Below, piece by piece: positions 1 through 9,457 of a DNA stretch of 32,000 nt. The stretch lies in NCBI RefSeq assembly GCF_000299365.1, contig NC_018655.1:1380001-1412000 (forward strand), in the 5' to 3' direction. The position numbers and the translations under genes are program-made. The stretch is from Candidatus Nitrosopumilus koreensis AR1. GTDB taxonomy: Archaea; Thermoproteota; Nitrososphaeria; Nitrososphaerales; Nitrosopumilaceae. Within the stretch, counting starts at the first letter, position 1, and each line of letters opens with the position of its first letter. Below the pieces are notes generated by a model that was given only the letters and a program-made list of their open reading frames with translations, was not told where the DNA came from and searched no databases.

Positions 1-1540
1 TATAGTCAGGACAACCGTCAGAGTCTTGGAATCTGTTGTAGGTTTCTTTTGCAGTAGGACATTGATCTACATCATCAAATATACCATCACCATCAAAGTC
101 ACCTATTGTTTTGTAAAGAATACTATCAGGACAACCGTCTTCATCTTGGAAGCCGTTGTAACGTTCAGCAATTGCAGGGCATTCATCTAAATGATCTGGA
201 ATTCCATCATAATCAGTATCAATCACATCACCAGCAGTTGTACCTACAACTTCAGGACAACCGTCTTCATCTAAAAATCCATTAAAGTTTTCTGGCTCAA
301 AGATACACGAATCCCATCTGTCTTCGATTCCATCACCGTCAGTGTCTGGGAATGTGTAAGTGGAATCTACAGCATCTACAGAGTCTGGGCAACCATCCCA
401 GTCTTGGAATTTATTATAAGTTTCAGGTTGATATGGACAATCATCTACAATATCAAAAATTCCATCTCTATCAGTATCAAGTTTGTATAAGGAATCATCA
501 GGACAACCGTCTTCATCTTGGAAGCCGTTGTATGTTTCAGGTTGTGTTGGACACAAGTCTACATTGTCAATTATCCCATCACCATCAGTATCAAAGGAAG
601 ATTTGTTATCTGCAACATAGTCAGGACAGCCGTCTTCATCTTGGAATTTGTTGTAAGTTTCAGGACTGAAAGGACAAGCATCATTATGATCTAATAATCC
701 ATCACCATCAGCATCACCAGTAATTTGTAATTGTAAAACATCAGGACAACCGTCTTCATCTTGGAATTTGTTGTAATTTTCACGTTCTAGTGGACATTCA
801 TCTACGGCATCAGGAATACCATCAAAATCAGCATCAGGAGCTTCAGGATTTGTTATTCCAGGAATGTCTGGGCAACCGTCCCAATCTAGATTATTGTTAT
901 AGTTTTCTGGCTCAAAAATACATGAATCCCATCTGTCTTCAATTCCATCACCATCAGCATCTGGGAATGTGTAAGTTGAGGGAACACCATCAATTACATC
1001 AGGACAGCCGTCAGTGTCTTGGAATCTATTATAGGTTTCAGGTTCTAGCGGACATGCATCTTTGCTGTCAGATATTCCGTCTTGATCACTGTCAATTACA
1101 GAACGATCATCATCAGGACAACCGTCAGTATCATCAATTCCATTAAATGTTTCAGGTCGGTTTGGACACAAGTCTAGATAATCAGGAAAACCATCACCAT
1201 CAGAATCAGCAACCCCTTTTGCACCGTCAGGGGACAAATCAGGACAACCGTCTTCATCTTGGAATCTGTTGTAGGTTTCTTTTACAGTTGGACAATTGTC
1301 AACGTGGTCTTGAACACCATCATAATCAGCATCATACCAAGGAACAAAGTCTGCAGGACAACCATCAATATTGTTACCATACTGAGGATCATAGTCTTCT
1401 AAGAGATTAGGACATTGATCAATATCGTTTGGTACACCGTCACCATCAGTATCAATTGTTTCGTTTGCATAGATACTGGGAGACATTCCTATGGATAGGG
1501 TGAGTAAAAGTAAAAATCCTAAAAGATAGTGTTGTTTCAT
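1..1540 (-). CDS. Secreted thrombospondin type-3-like repeat protein, C-terminus cut off by the left window edge
   Basis: Not in the ORF track because it has no stop inside the window. My minus-strand translation from ATG (1538-1540) reads MKQHYLLGFLLLLTLSIGMSPSIYANETIDTDGDGVPNDIDQCP..., a signal-peptide-like N-terminus followed by at least 12 repeats of the DxDxDGxxDxxDxCPxxxExYNxFQDxDGCPD type, open to base 1. Confidence 0.9.
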   Translation of the reverse strand, partial: MKQHYLLGFLLLLTLSIGMSPSIYANETIDTDGDGVPNDIDQCPNLLEDYDPQYGNNIDGCPADFVPWYDADYDGVQDHVDNCPTVKETYNRFQDEDGCPDLSPDGAKGVADSDGDGFPDYLDLCPNRPETFNGIDDTDGCPDDDRSVIDSDQDGISDSKDACPLEPETYNRFQDTDGCPDVIDGVPSTYTFPDADGDGIEDRWDSCIFEPENYNNNLDWDGCPDIPGITNPEAPDADFDGIPDAVDECPLERENYNKFQDEDGCPDVLQLQITGDADGDGLLDHNDACPFSPETYNKFQDEDGCPDYVADNKSSFDTDGDGIIDNVDLCPTQPETYNGFQDEDGCPDDSLYKLDTDRDGIFDIVDDCPYQPETYNKFQDWDGCPDSVDAVDSTYTFPDTDGDGIEDRWDSCIFEPENFNGFLDEDGCPEVVGTTAGDVIDTDYDGIPDHLDECPAIAERYNGFQDEDGCPDSILYKTIGDFDGDGIFDDVDQCPTAKETYNRFQDSDGCPDY

Positions 1541-3900
1541 TTTATGAACACCTAAGGGTCAGGACATCCATCAGTGTCTAAGTCACCGTCATAGTCCTCT
1601 GGTTCAAGTGGACATAAATCATATTCATTGATAATGTCATCTAGATCAGCATCATGTTTGTATCTTGATTGTTCAGGTGCAATGTCTGGACAGCCATCTT
1701 CGTCATTGTATTTGTTCCATGATTCTTTGAGGTTTGGACATAAATCAACATCATCACTTATTCCATCTTTATCATTATCAACTATCATATTTCCAAGTGG
1801 AAGAATGTCTGGGCAACCGTCATAGTCAACATATCTATTCCAAGTTTCACTTTGTGTTGGACACATATCCATTACATCAGGAACACCATCGCCATCAGAA
1901 TCAGGTTGAGTATTATCAGTGTCTGGGCAGCCATCATCATCTTGGAAGCCATTATAATTTTCTGCAACTAATGGACATTCATCATCAATATCATTAATTC
2001 CATCATTGTCTGAATCAACTACAAATGACTCAGATATAGTGTCTGGGCAGCCATCATCATCTTGGAATTTATTCCAAGTTTCTTTTGCAGTTGGACATGC
2101 ATCTATTGCATCAGGAATTCCATCTCTGTCTCTATCATGACTTAGAATGTAATTATCTGGGCAACCGTCACGATCAAGAATTCCATTATAGGTTTCAGGT
2201 TGGTTTGGACAATGATCATTGTAATCATTAATTCCATCATGGTCTGAATCTGGTAGACCTTTGTTGTCAGATACAGAATCAGGACAGCCGTCTAGGTCTT
2301 GGAATTTATTGTAAGTTTCTGGACTTAATGGACATTCATCAAGGGAATCTATTATTCCATCAAAGTCAGTATCTAAACTGGTAATAAAGTCAGGATAATC
2401 GGGGCAACCGTCTTCATCTTGGAAGCCGTTGTATCTTTCTCTTTCCAATGGACACTCATCAACTGAATCAAGTATTCCATCATAGTCAGAGTCTGCCTCA
2501 GATGGGTTATCTGGGCAACCGTCTTCATCATTATATCTATTCCAAGTTTCTGCAGTTGAAGGACACTGATCTAATTCATCTCTAATACCATCACCATCAG
2601 AATCTAAAACTGCAATATCGGGACAGCCGTCAGCGTCTTGATATCCATTTACAGTTTCAGGTTCAAGTGGACATTTATCGTTCAAATCAGTAATTCCATC
2701 ACCATCAAAATCTAATGCAGACAATCCAGATGTAGAATCAGGACAGCCGTCTAGGTCTTGGAATTTATTGTAAGTTTCTTTGGCAGTAGGACATTCATCA
2801 AGAGAATCGATAATTCCGTCTCTATCACGGTCTCCAGAACCATAAGTGTCAGGACATCCATCTCTATCTTGGAAGCCATTAAAAATTTCTGGTTGGTTTG
2901 GACACAAATCAATGTTATCAATTATTCCATCACCATCAGAGTCAGATGCTCCTTTGTTATCTGCAACAAAGTCAGGACAACCGTCTAGGTCTTGGAATTT
3001 ATTGTAAGTTTCTTTGGCATTGGGACATTGATCAATACTATTTGGAATACCATCAAGATCAGAATCACTATCACTTGAATAAGGAGGAATATCAGGACAA
3101 CCGTCTTCATCTTGGAAGCCGTTGTAACGTTCAGGTTCTAAGGGACATGCATCATCAATGTCCATTATTCTATCACCATCTGCATCATTTAGGGAACCAG
3201 TAAAAGATGGGATGGAATCAGGACAACCGTCATAGTCAGCAAATCTATTGAAAGTTTCAGGATCAGTAGGACAAATATCAAATTGGTTTGCAATGCCATC
3301 ACCATCAGTGTCAATAAAGGATGAATCTAATGCAACATCAGGACAGCCATCAGTGTCTCTATAATCATTAAACACTTCAGGTTCTGTTGGACACAAGTCT
3401 CTTGAATCTTGGATTCCATCATTATCAGTATCTACAAAAGCAGAGTCAGTAACAGAATCAGGACAACCGTCTTCATCTTGGAATCTATTGTAAGTCTCTG
3501 GACTTAATGGACATGCATCAATTGAGTCAGGAACACCGTCTCTATCACGGTCTCCAGAACCAAAAGTGTCAGGACAACCGTCTCTATCTAAAACGCCATT
3601 AAATGTTTCAGGCTGTGTTGGACACAAGTCTACAGTATCTACAAAGCCATCCCCATCAGAATCAGGCAATCCTCCTTTTCCACCTTGAGGAGAGATATCA
3701 GGACAACCGTCTTCATCTTGGAAGCCGTTGTATCGTTCTTTAAGACTTGGGCATTGATCAATATGATCTTCTATTCCATCATAGTCTTCATCATACCATG
3801 GAACAAAGTTTGATGGACATCCATCTATAGTGCTTTGATAATCTTCACGTAAATTTGGACACGCATCTACAGCGTCATCAACACCATCATTGTCCAAATC
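1..3900 (-). repeat. Degenerate tandem coding repeats (units of roughly 35-45 codons) across two adjacent paralogous genes
   Basis: The plus-strand string 'tcaggacaaccgtcttcatcttggaa' and close variants recur through both genes, each encoding FQDxDGCPD. Confidence 0.85.
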
Positions 3901-3990
3901 ACCTTCTACTGCAAATGCAGGATTGATGGGCATGCTGGTTAAAGTCGTTAATAATAACAATAGAAATGGTAAAGTATGTATTTTCTTCAA
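1552..3990 (-). CDS. Secreted thrombospondin type-3-like repeat protein (812 aa, about 20 repeats)
   Basis: Hydrophobic N-terminus MKKIHTLPFLLLLLTTLTSMPINPAFA, then 20 countable CP...GCP(D/S) units with Asp-rich DSDGDG loops. Starts with TTG (reverse complement of caa at 3988-3990); a TATA-like element lies about 30 nt upstream. Confidence 0.92.
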   Translation of the reverse strand: MKKIHTLPFLLLLLTTLTSMPINPAFAVEGDLDNDGVDDAVDACPNLREDYQSTIDGCPSNFVPWYDEDYDGIEDHIDQCPSLKERYNGFQDEDGCPDISPQGGKGGLPDSDGDGFVDTVDLCPTQPETFNGVLDRDGCPDTFGSGDRDRDGVPDSIDACPLSPETYNRFQDEDGCPDSVTDSAFVDTDNDGIQDSRDLCPTEPEVFNDYRDTDGCPDVALDSSFIDTDGDGIANQFDICPTDPETFNRFADYDGCPDSIPSFTGSLNDADGDRIMDIDDACPLEPERYNGFQDEDGCPDIPPYSSDSDSDLDGIPNSIDQCPNAKETYNKFQDLDGCPDFVADNKGASDSDGDGIIDNIDLCPNQPEIFNGFQDRDGCPDTYGSGDRDRDGIIDSLDECPTAKETYNKFQDLDGCPDSTSGLSALDFDGDGITDLNDKCPLEPETVNGYQDADGCPDIAVLDSDGDGIRDELDQCPSTAETWNRYNDEDGCPDNPSEADSDYDGILDSVDECPLERERYNGFQDEDGCPDYPDFITSLDTDFDGIIDSLDECPLSPETYNKFQDLDGCPDSVSDNKGLPDSDHDGINDYNDHCPNQPETYNGILDRDGCPDNYILSHDRDRDGIPDAIDACPTAKETWNKFQDDDGCPDTISESFVVDSDNDGINDIDDECPLVAENYNGFQDDDGCPDTDNTQPDSDGDGVPDVMDMCPTQSETWNRYVDYDGCPDILPLGNMIVDNDKDGISDDVDLCPNLKESWNKYNDEDGCPDIAPEQSRYKHDADLDDIINEYDLCPLEPEDYDGDLDTDGCPDP

Positions 3991-4016
3991 TGCCTAAAAT
4001 ATTCCTGAGGATCCAG

Positions 4017-4024
4017 TTATTAAA
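4017..4024 (-). promoter_or_regulatory. TATA box for the TSP3-like operon
   Basis: ttattaaa on plus = TTTAATAA on minus, centred about 30 nt upstream of the TTG start at 3990. Confidence 0.5.
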
Positions 4025-4098
4025 CCTCACTCTAAATTTGGCTAAAAATATCAAAGGTTTTGGTAAAAATTTCAGTCTTGAACAAAAAACTCGATCAA

Positions 4099-4106
4099 TT
4101 TAAGTA
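4099..4106 (+). promoter_or_regulatory. TATA box for the taw1-like gene
   Basis: TTTAAGTA centred about 27 nt upstream of the ATG at 4129; implies a leaderless or near-leaderless mRNA. Confidence 0.5.
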
Positions 4107-4128
4107 AACCAAAACAAGATCTGGACTC

Positions 4129-5157
4129 ATGAGTTGTTCAGGTGAAGTAGTTGATAATGAAGAACAATTAATTCAAATCAAGCCTGCAATATCTGAACAA
4201 CTAAAGAAAGCAAAGTATGGTGTTTCTGATCATTCAACTGTAGAACTATGTCACTGGACAAAAAAATCATTCAAGCATGAAGGTAGTTGCTACAAACACA
4301 AGTTTTATGGGATTTCGACTCATCGATGTATGGAATTTTCACCAGCAGGAATGCATTGTGAGAATCGTTGTGTTTATTGTTGGAGGCCAATGGAGTTTTA
4401 TGATTCGCTAGAAATGAAACCAGAACAAGTTGCAGAGCCTAAAGAAATTCTAACTAAACTAATGGCTGAAAGAAAAAAATTGATCAATGGATATTATGGA
4501 GATTCAAGAAATGACAAACAAAGATTAGATGAATCATTACTTCCCAGTCATTATGCTATTTCACTTTCAGGAGAACCTACAATGTATCCTAAATTACCAG
4601 AATTAATAAAATATCTAAATTCACTTGAAGCAACAAAATCAATTTTTCTTGTTACAAATGGCCAAGAACCAGATATGATTCAGAGACTACAAGACGAAGA
4701 TGCACTTCCAACACAATTGTATTTATCAACTAATGCAGCAGACTATGAATCATTTTTAAAAATTAACAAACCAAAATATGATGATTCATGGGAAAGATGG
4801 AACAGAACACTTGGCATGTTAAAACACCTTAACACTCGAACGGTTCTAAGAATTACGTTGATTAGAAATTACAATGATCAAAAAGAAATGATTCCAGCAT
4901 TTGCTAAAATGTTTAAAGAATCAAGTCCACATTTCATTGAAATAAAATCTTACATGCACATTGGACGTTCCACTAACAGACTAGAACACTCCAACATGTT
5001 AGAAATGGAAGAAGTGAAAAAATTCAGCGAACAAGTTGCAAAACAGAGTCAGATATTTTCAGTAATGGATGAAAGTTTTGTTTCAAGAATTTCAATTTTA
5101 CAAAACAATAAAAGATTTATTGATCGTTGGATTCCAGCTTATGCAAATACCAATTAG
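4129..5157 (+). CDS. taw1: tRNA 4-demethylwyosine synthase (TYW1/Taw1), radical SAM
   Basis: Cluster motif CENRCVYCWRPMEF, plus SGEPTMYPKLPELIKYL and LFLVTNGQEP-type blocks typical of the archaeal TYW1 family. Confidence 0.88.
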   Translation: MSCSGEVVDNEEQLIQIKPAISEQLKKAKYGVSDHSTVELCHWTKKSFKHEGSCYKHKFYGISTHRCMEFSPAGMHCENRCVYCWRPMEFYDSLEMKPEQVAEPKEILTKLMAERKKLINGYYGDSRNDKQRLDESLLPSHYAISLSGEPTMYPKLPELIKYLNSLEATKSIFLVTNGQEPDMIQRLQDEDALPTQLYLSTNAADYESFLKINKPKYDDSWERWNRTLGMLKHLNTRTVLRITLIRNYNDQKEMIPAFAKMFKESSPHFIEIKSYMHIGRSTNRLEHSNMLEMEEVKKFSEQVAKQSQIFSVMDESFVSRISILQNNKRFIDRWIPAYANTN

Positions 5158-5692
5158 AAAATTTTCTTAAAGCCTTGAATCTGTGTGATAATTCATTTTT
5201 ACATTTTATTTCTGCAAATGTTTTTTTAGAATTTTTTGGAATGAAAATTGGATCATATCCCCAACCTTTACCCTTTTGAATTTTCGAAATTGTCCCATCT
5301 AGTTTGGCATCAAATGATTCTAAAATTTTTTTGTCACAGTAAGTAATGATTGAAACAAACTTTGCTTTTCTTTTTGTTGTAACAAGTTTTAGAATTCCTT
5401 TGTTGCCAATTGTTTTGAATACATAAGATGAGTATGGGCCTGGAAATCCATTCAAAGAGTCAATGAATAAACCATCATCTTCAATTATTATCGGTTTTTT
5501 ACATTTTGAAAATGCATCCAGTGCTTTTTTTTCTGCAATTTCTTTTAATGAATTAGATTGTATTTCTTCCAAACTTAATTTAAGAAAACCTAACTTTATT
5601 CCAAACGAGTTCAGAATATTTTTGGCCTCTTTGTATTTATGGGAATTTGAAGATACAAAAAAAATATCAAACGACTTGTGCATACCTACCAC
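5117..5692 (-). CDS. rdgB: XTP/dITP diphosphatase (RdgB/HAM1 family)
   Basis: FVSSNSHKYKEAKNIL N-terminus, IIEDDGLFIDSLNGFPGPYSSYVF, GKGWGYDPIFIPKNSKKTFAE and HRFKALRKF are family signatures. An internal ATG gives a 3-residue shorter alternative start. Confidence 0.93.
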   Translation of the reverse strand: MVGMHKSFDIFFVSSNSHKYKEAKNILNSFGIKLGFLKLSLEEIQSNSLKEIAEKKALDAFSKCKKPIIIEDDGLFIDSLNGFPGPYSSYVFKTIGNKGILKLVTTKRKAKFVSIITYCDKKILESFDAKLDGTISKIQKGKGWGYDPIFIPKNSKKTFAEIKCKNELSHRFKALRKFSNWYLHKLESNDQ

Positions 5693-6302
5693 GACTTTCT
5701 ATATCAGATACTAATTTAGTAATTTTCACATAATTGGCACTTCCAACTATTGATTTGTATCCAAGTAGAAAATTTTTCCAAGCAGATTCCATGATTTTTG
5801 CATGAGCACTATTCAATATTTCTTTGATTAATCTTAAATCAACAGCATGATCCTCAGGCTTGATTGTATTTTGAGACAAACCAAAATCAATTACATATAC
5901 AGTATTTTTGTATAAAATAAAATTCGAGGTGGTTAGATCTCCATGCATAATGCCATTTTTGTGAAGCATGCCGACTAATTTTCCAATTATTTTTGATAGA
6001 TGAATAATTTTTGATTCTGATAAATCATGAATGGGCTTTCCCGGTATTTCCTGCATAATGATTGAAGAGTTTTCCAAGTTTACAAAATAAACAAGAGGTG
6101 TAGGGATTCCAAATGATTTTACTTGAGAAATTATTTGTGATTCTTTAATTGTTCGTTGCTTACGAATTTTTGAATCAAGTGAAGGATTACGATAATTTTT
6201 TGTTTTTCTAATTTTTAGGATAGCGCGAAAATCTTGCCATGTTATTTGATAAATATCTGCCTCAGCTCCTTTCTTGATTAGTTTCATTAACGTTATATTC
6301 AA
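5667..6302 (-). CDS. bud32: KEOPS complex atypical kinase Bud32 (Kae1-associated)
   Basis: MKLIKKGAEADIY, GIPTPLVYFV, HGDLTTSNFI, YVIDFGLS, and the C-terminal SRGRYAQVV. Real start probably at MKLIKKGAEA, 5 codons inside the ORF-track start. Confidence 0.92.
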   Translation of the reverse strand: MNITLMKLIKKGAEADIYQITWQDFRAILKIRKTKNYRNPSLDSKIRKQRTIKESQIISQVKSFGIPTPLVYFVNLENSSIIMQEIPGKPIHDLSESKIIHLSKIIGKLVGMLHKNGIMHGDLTTSNFILYKNTVYVIDFGLSQNTIKPEDHAVDLRLIKEILNSAHAKIMESAWKNFLLGYKSIVGSANYVKITKLVSDIESRGRYAQVV

Positions 6303-6318
6303 ATGAATTCAATAAAAA

Positions 6319-6648
6319 TTGATCATGGAAGAAGGAGAAAAAAGAATAAAACAAGAAGATTGCAGTGAAGACGTTTTAGGATCAGGAATTCTTACATTAA
6401 CTAACAAAAGATTAGCTTTTGATAAAACCAGAGCAAGAATGATGGATTTCTCAAAACATATGGGAGACACAATATTAAATGTCACATTAGATAATGTGAC
6501 TAAAACATGGAAAGAAGGATTACTAATGAAAAAGGTATGTTTTATTGCAAAAACAAGCGAAGGAGACAAGACCTACAAATTTGGTGTATTTAATACAAAA
6601 AATTGGCTCAAAAGTATCAATGAGGCAATTGAGAATTACAAAAACTAG
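6319..6648 (+). CDS. Small PH/GRAM-like domain protein
   Basis: GSGILTLTNKRLAFDKTR... followed by beta-strand-rich sequence and a terminal helix (NWLKSINEAIENYKN), resembling GRAM/bPH folds. Fold assignment is by eye. Confidence 0.6.
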   Translation: MIMEEGEKRIKQEDCSEDVLGSGILTLTNKRLAFDKTRARMMDFSKHMGDTILNVTLDNVTKTWKEGLLMKKVCFIAKTSEGDKTYKFGVFNTKNWLKSINEAIENYKN

Positions 6649-7628
6649 TAATTGACTTTAACAGTATCTAATCTCCAAGATTGTGTAACAAAAGTATCTT
6701 TGAGTAAAGCTCCTTTCTTGACTTTAGATTCTAAAAGACCAGTCCAGCAAATTTGGCTACCACAATCGCCAGCATATCTTAATGGAACAACATAAAATTT
6801 GGAACCGTGGCGCTTACACACATCCTGCAGCATTTCAGATAATCTTTTGTTAGCAGCGACACCACCTACAACCATTAATTCCTTTTTTCTTGTAAAAGAT
6901 AAAGCACGTTCTACAGCTTCTGAAATCATTGCAAATGCAGTTTCTTGAAGAGAATAGCATGCATCAGATTTATTTTTTCTTGCTACAGATTTTGTTGCTG
7001 AAAGTAATCCAGAAAATGATACATCATTTCCCTTTACTGAATACGGTAATGTAACATAGTTTGAAGATGTTGACGCTAATTCTTCTATATTTTTTCCACA
7101 AGGAGATGCAAAACCTATTGATCTTCCAAACTGATCAAGCAGTTGGCCCAAAGTAATATCCAGGGTTTCACCAAATACCCTCCATTGTTTATTTAGAAAT
7201 GCCAAAAGCATTGTATGACCACCAGATACTAAAAGAACCAAAGGATTACTTGCACCAGTCAATAATTTTCCCAATTCAATATGTCCTAATGCATGATTAA
7301 CAGGATAAATTGGAATTTTATAAAATGAAGCCAGTGATCTTGCAACTACAGCTCCAACACGCAAACAAGGTCCTAATCCAGGACCTGCAGCATAAGATAC
7401 AATATCTAAATCATTAATTTTGATATTTGCTTCGTCAAGACATTCAGATAATACAGATGAACTGTTCTCAATATGATGTCGTGAGGCCTCTCTAGGATGA
7501 ATTCCTTCTCCATCCGCAGGACGAAATATTTTCCGGACATCTGAGAGAATCTTTCCCTTGTTTCCCTTTTTTTCTATAACTGCACATGAAAATGTATGAG
7601 CTGTGCTTTCTATTCCTAATCCTAACAT
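6645..7628 (-). CDS. kae1: KEOPS component Kae1/TsaD, tRNA N6-threonylcarbamoyladenosine synthesis
   Basis: MLGLGIESTAHTFSCAV, GPGLGPCLRVGAVVAR, NHALGHIELG, LLVSGGHTMLL, GGVAANKRLSEML, and RYAGDCGSQI. Confidence 0.96.
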   Translation of the reverse strand: MLGLGIESTAHTFSCAVIEKKGNKGKILSDVRKIFRPADGEGIHPREASRHHIENSSSVLSECLDEANIKINDLDIVSYAAGPGLGPCLRVGAVVARSLASFYKIPIYPVNHALGHIELGKLLTGASNPLVLLVSGGHTMLLAFLNKQWRVFGETLDITLGQLLDQFGRSIGFASPCGKNIEELASTSSNYVTLPYSVKGNDVSFSGLLSATKSVARKNKSDACYSLQETAFAMISEAVERALSFTRKKELMVVGGVAANKRLSEMLQDVCKRHGSKFYVVPLRYAGDCGSQICWTGLLESKVKKGALLKDTFVTQSWRLDTVKVNY

Positions 7629-7629
7629 T

Positions 7630-8826
7630 TTATCCCCTGCTTAGAGTTGAAACAATTTTGATCACATCACCATTTTTTAGTTTTTGATCACCACTGATTC
7701 TTTGTTTTGTTTTACAGTCAATTGCATGCAAGAATCCTTTTGCTATATCAGCATGAATTAATCCTGCCAAGTCTTTTGCAGTAGAATCTTGTGGAAGTAA
7801 TTTAGTATCAGGTAAAACCATACCGTCCTTATTGGTAAGTTTAGTCTCATCTTCAACTGGATAAACTACTATAAAGTTAAGAGAGTCAAATACGGCGGTG
7901 TTTAAGATTTTTTGAATCCCAGTAGACGGAATTTTTTCAAATACTGTTTTTACCAAATCAAGAGCTTTTTGTTGAGGAGGTGCAATCTCTTTTCCTTCAG
8001 GAATTGTGAACCCTTCATCTCCAGAAGAGTAATTTACAATACCAGCTTTTGATGCTTTACGTAGTAACAGTTCAGTTTCAGCACTACAAGGAATAACACT
8101 ACCATCAATTTTTTTGATAATTTCCAGATCAGGACACAAATCAGCTTTGTTTGCAGCAATAATCATAGGTTTTGTATTTTTTCGTAGTTCTTTTGCAAAT
8201 GATACCATGTCATCATCATTCCATTCTTTTGGATCTCGTGAGATAAAACCTAGTTTTTGCAAAACATCCTGTACTTGAAAGTCTTTAATTCCCAAACCAG
8301 TAAACCGTTTTGCAATTCCATCTGTAAGTTTAGCTCTTTTTTGATGAATTTCTCTAGTAATTTTATCCCACTCACGTTTTAAAATATCAGCAAACCATTG
8401 ATCAAATTCATCTTGAACAAATTCCACATCTTCAAGAGGATCATGAGTTCCTGGTGGAACAGGTTGTCCTTGAATGTCAGTAGTTCCAGCAATATCAACA
8501 ACGTGAATCAAAACTTCAGCTTGTCTTGCATCATCAAGAAATTGATTTCCTAATCCCTTTCCTTCATGGGCTCCAGGAACCAATCCAGCAACATCAATGA
8601 GTTTGACAGGGATGAATCTAGTTCCTTTAACACATAATTCATTTTGATGTTCAATTTTGAAATGTTTACAAGCACAATCAGATTTTACATATGCAACACC
8701 AACATTGGGCTCAATTGTTGTAAATGGAAAATTTCCTGAAGCTACAGGTGTCTCAGTAGCAGCTGAAAAAAAGGTAGATTTTCCAACATTTGCTTTACCA
8801 AGTAAACCAATTTGCAATGATCTCAA
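7630..8826 (-). CDS. YchF-type OBG-family GTPase
   Basis: Walker [53 protein letters not shown] and a C-terminal TGS-like segment. Uses TTG at 8826 or TTG at 8817. Confidence 0.9.
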   Translation of the reverse strand: MRSLQIGLLGKANVGKSTFFSAATETPVASGNFPFTTIEPNVGVAYVKSDCACKHFKIEHQNELCVKGTRFIPVKLIDVAGLVPGAHEGKGLGNQFLDDARQAEVLIHVVDIAGTTDIQGQPVPPGTHDPLEDVEFVQDEFDQWFADILKREWDKITREIHQKRAKLTDGIAKRFTGLGIKDFQVQDVLQKLGFISRDPKEWNDDDMVSFAKELRKNTKPMIIAANKADLCPDLEIIKKIDGSVIPCSAETELLLRKASKAGIVNYSSGDEGFTIPEGKEIAPPQQKALDLVKTVFEKIPSTGIQKILNTAVFDSLNFIVVYPVEDETKLTNKDGMVLPDTKLLPQDSTAKDLAGLIHADIAKGFLHAIDCKTKQRISGDQKLKNGDVIKIVSTLSRG

Positions 8827-8865
8827 GAATCTAATTCTACTTATTAGTATTGCAGAAATCGTTTA

Positions 8866-9438
8866 ATGGTCACAAAACAAAATTACAGCATGTCAATAGT
8901 CATTACAGGGAACCCAGGGGTTGGAAAACATACCATTGCAAAAGAACTTGCACAAAAAATACAATTAGAAATAATGGATATTAATCAAATAGCAAAAGAT
9001 TCAGGGTTATTTGAAAAAAATGATGAGTCAAATGATGTTGATACAGAAAAACTCAAAGAAATTCTAAAAGAAAAGATTTCAAATAAATGCATAATTGTAG
9101 GCCATTTGGCACCATATGTTCTAGATAAAAATAGAGTCAGTACTGTTATTGTATTGAGACGCAACCCATATGATTTAATCAAAGTCTACAAACAAAGGGG
9201 ATATACTGAAAAAAAGAGTAAAGAAAATGCCAGCAGTGAAATTTTAGGTATCATTACATATGATGCAAAAAATCAATTTGAAGAAAAAGTTGTGCAAATC
9301 AACGTTAGTGAAAATGAAATGCAAGATATTCTAAATAAAATACAGGCATCTATTTCAGGCAATCAGAATTCTGAAGAAATAGATTGGCTTGAGTCAGTTA
9401 CCAAAAATAATGATTTGAAAAAATTTTTTGTTGATTGA
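8866..9438 (+). CDS. Fap7/AK6-like adenylate kinase family NTPase
   Basis: P-loop ITGNPGVGKHTIAKELA; VVLRRNPYDLIKVYKQRGYTEKKSKENASSEILG matches the Fap7/AK6 LID-like region. Confidence 0.78.
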   Translation: MVTKQNYSMSIVITGNPGVGKHTIAKELAQKIQLEIMDINQIAKDSGLFEKNDESNDVDTEKLKEILKEKISNKCIIVGHLAPYVLDKNRVSTVIVLRRNPYDLIKVYKQRGYTEKKSKENASSEILGIITYDAKNQFEEKVVQINVSENEMQDILNKIQASISGNQNSEEIDWLESVTKNNDLKKFFVD

Positions 9439-9457
9439 TTAAATAATACCTTTTGAT

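Noticed and set aside
352-3203. Plus-strand ORFs of 65-118 aa rich in His/Gln/Leu antisense to the TSP3-like genes
   Set aside because: Low-complexity shadow frames created by the repetitive coding DNA on the minus strand; no start context or family signature.
1-3900. Periodic short repeats considered as a CRISPR array
   Set aside because: The repeats are degenerate, embedded in a continuous reading frame, and translate to the CPxxxExYNxFQDxDGCPD unit; no constant repeat with unique spacers.
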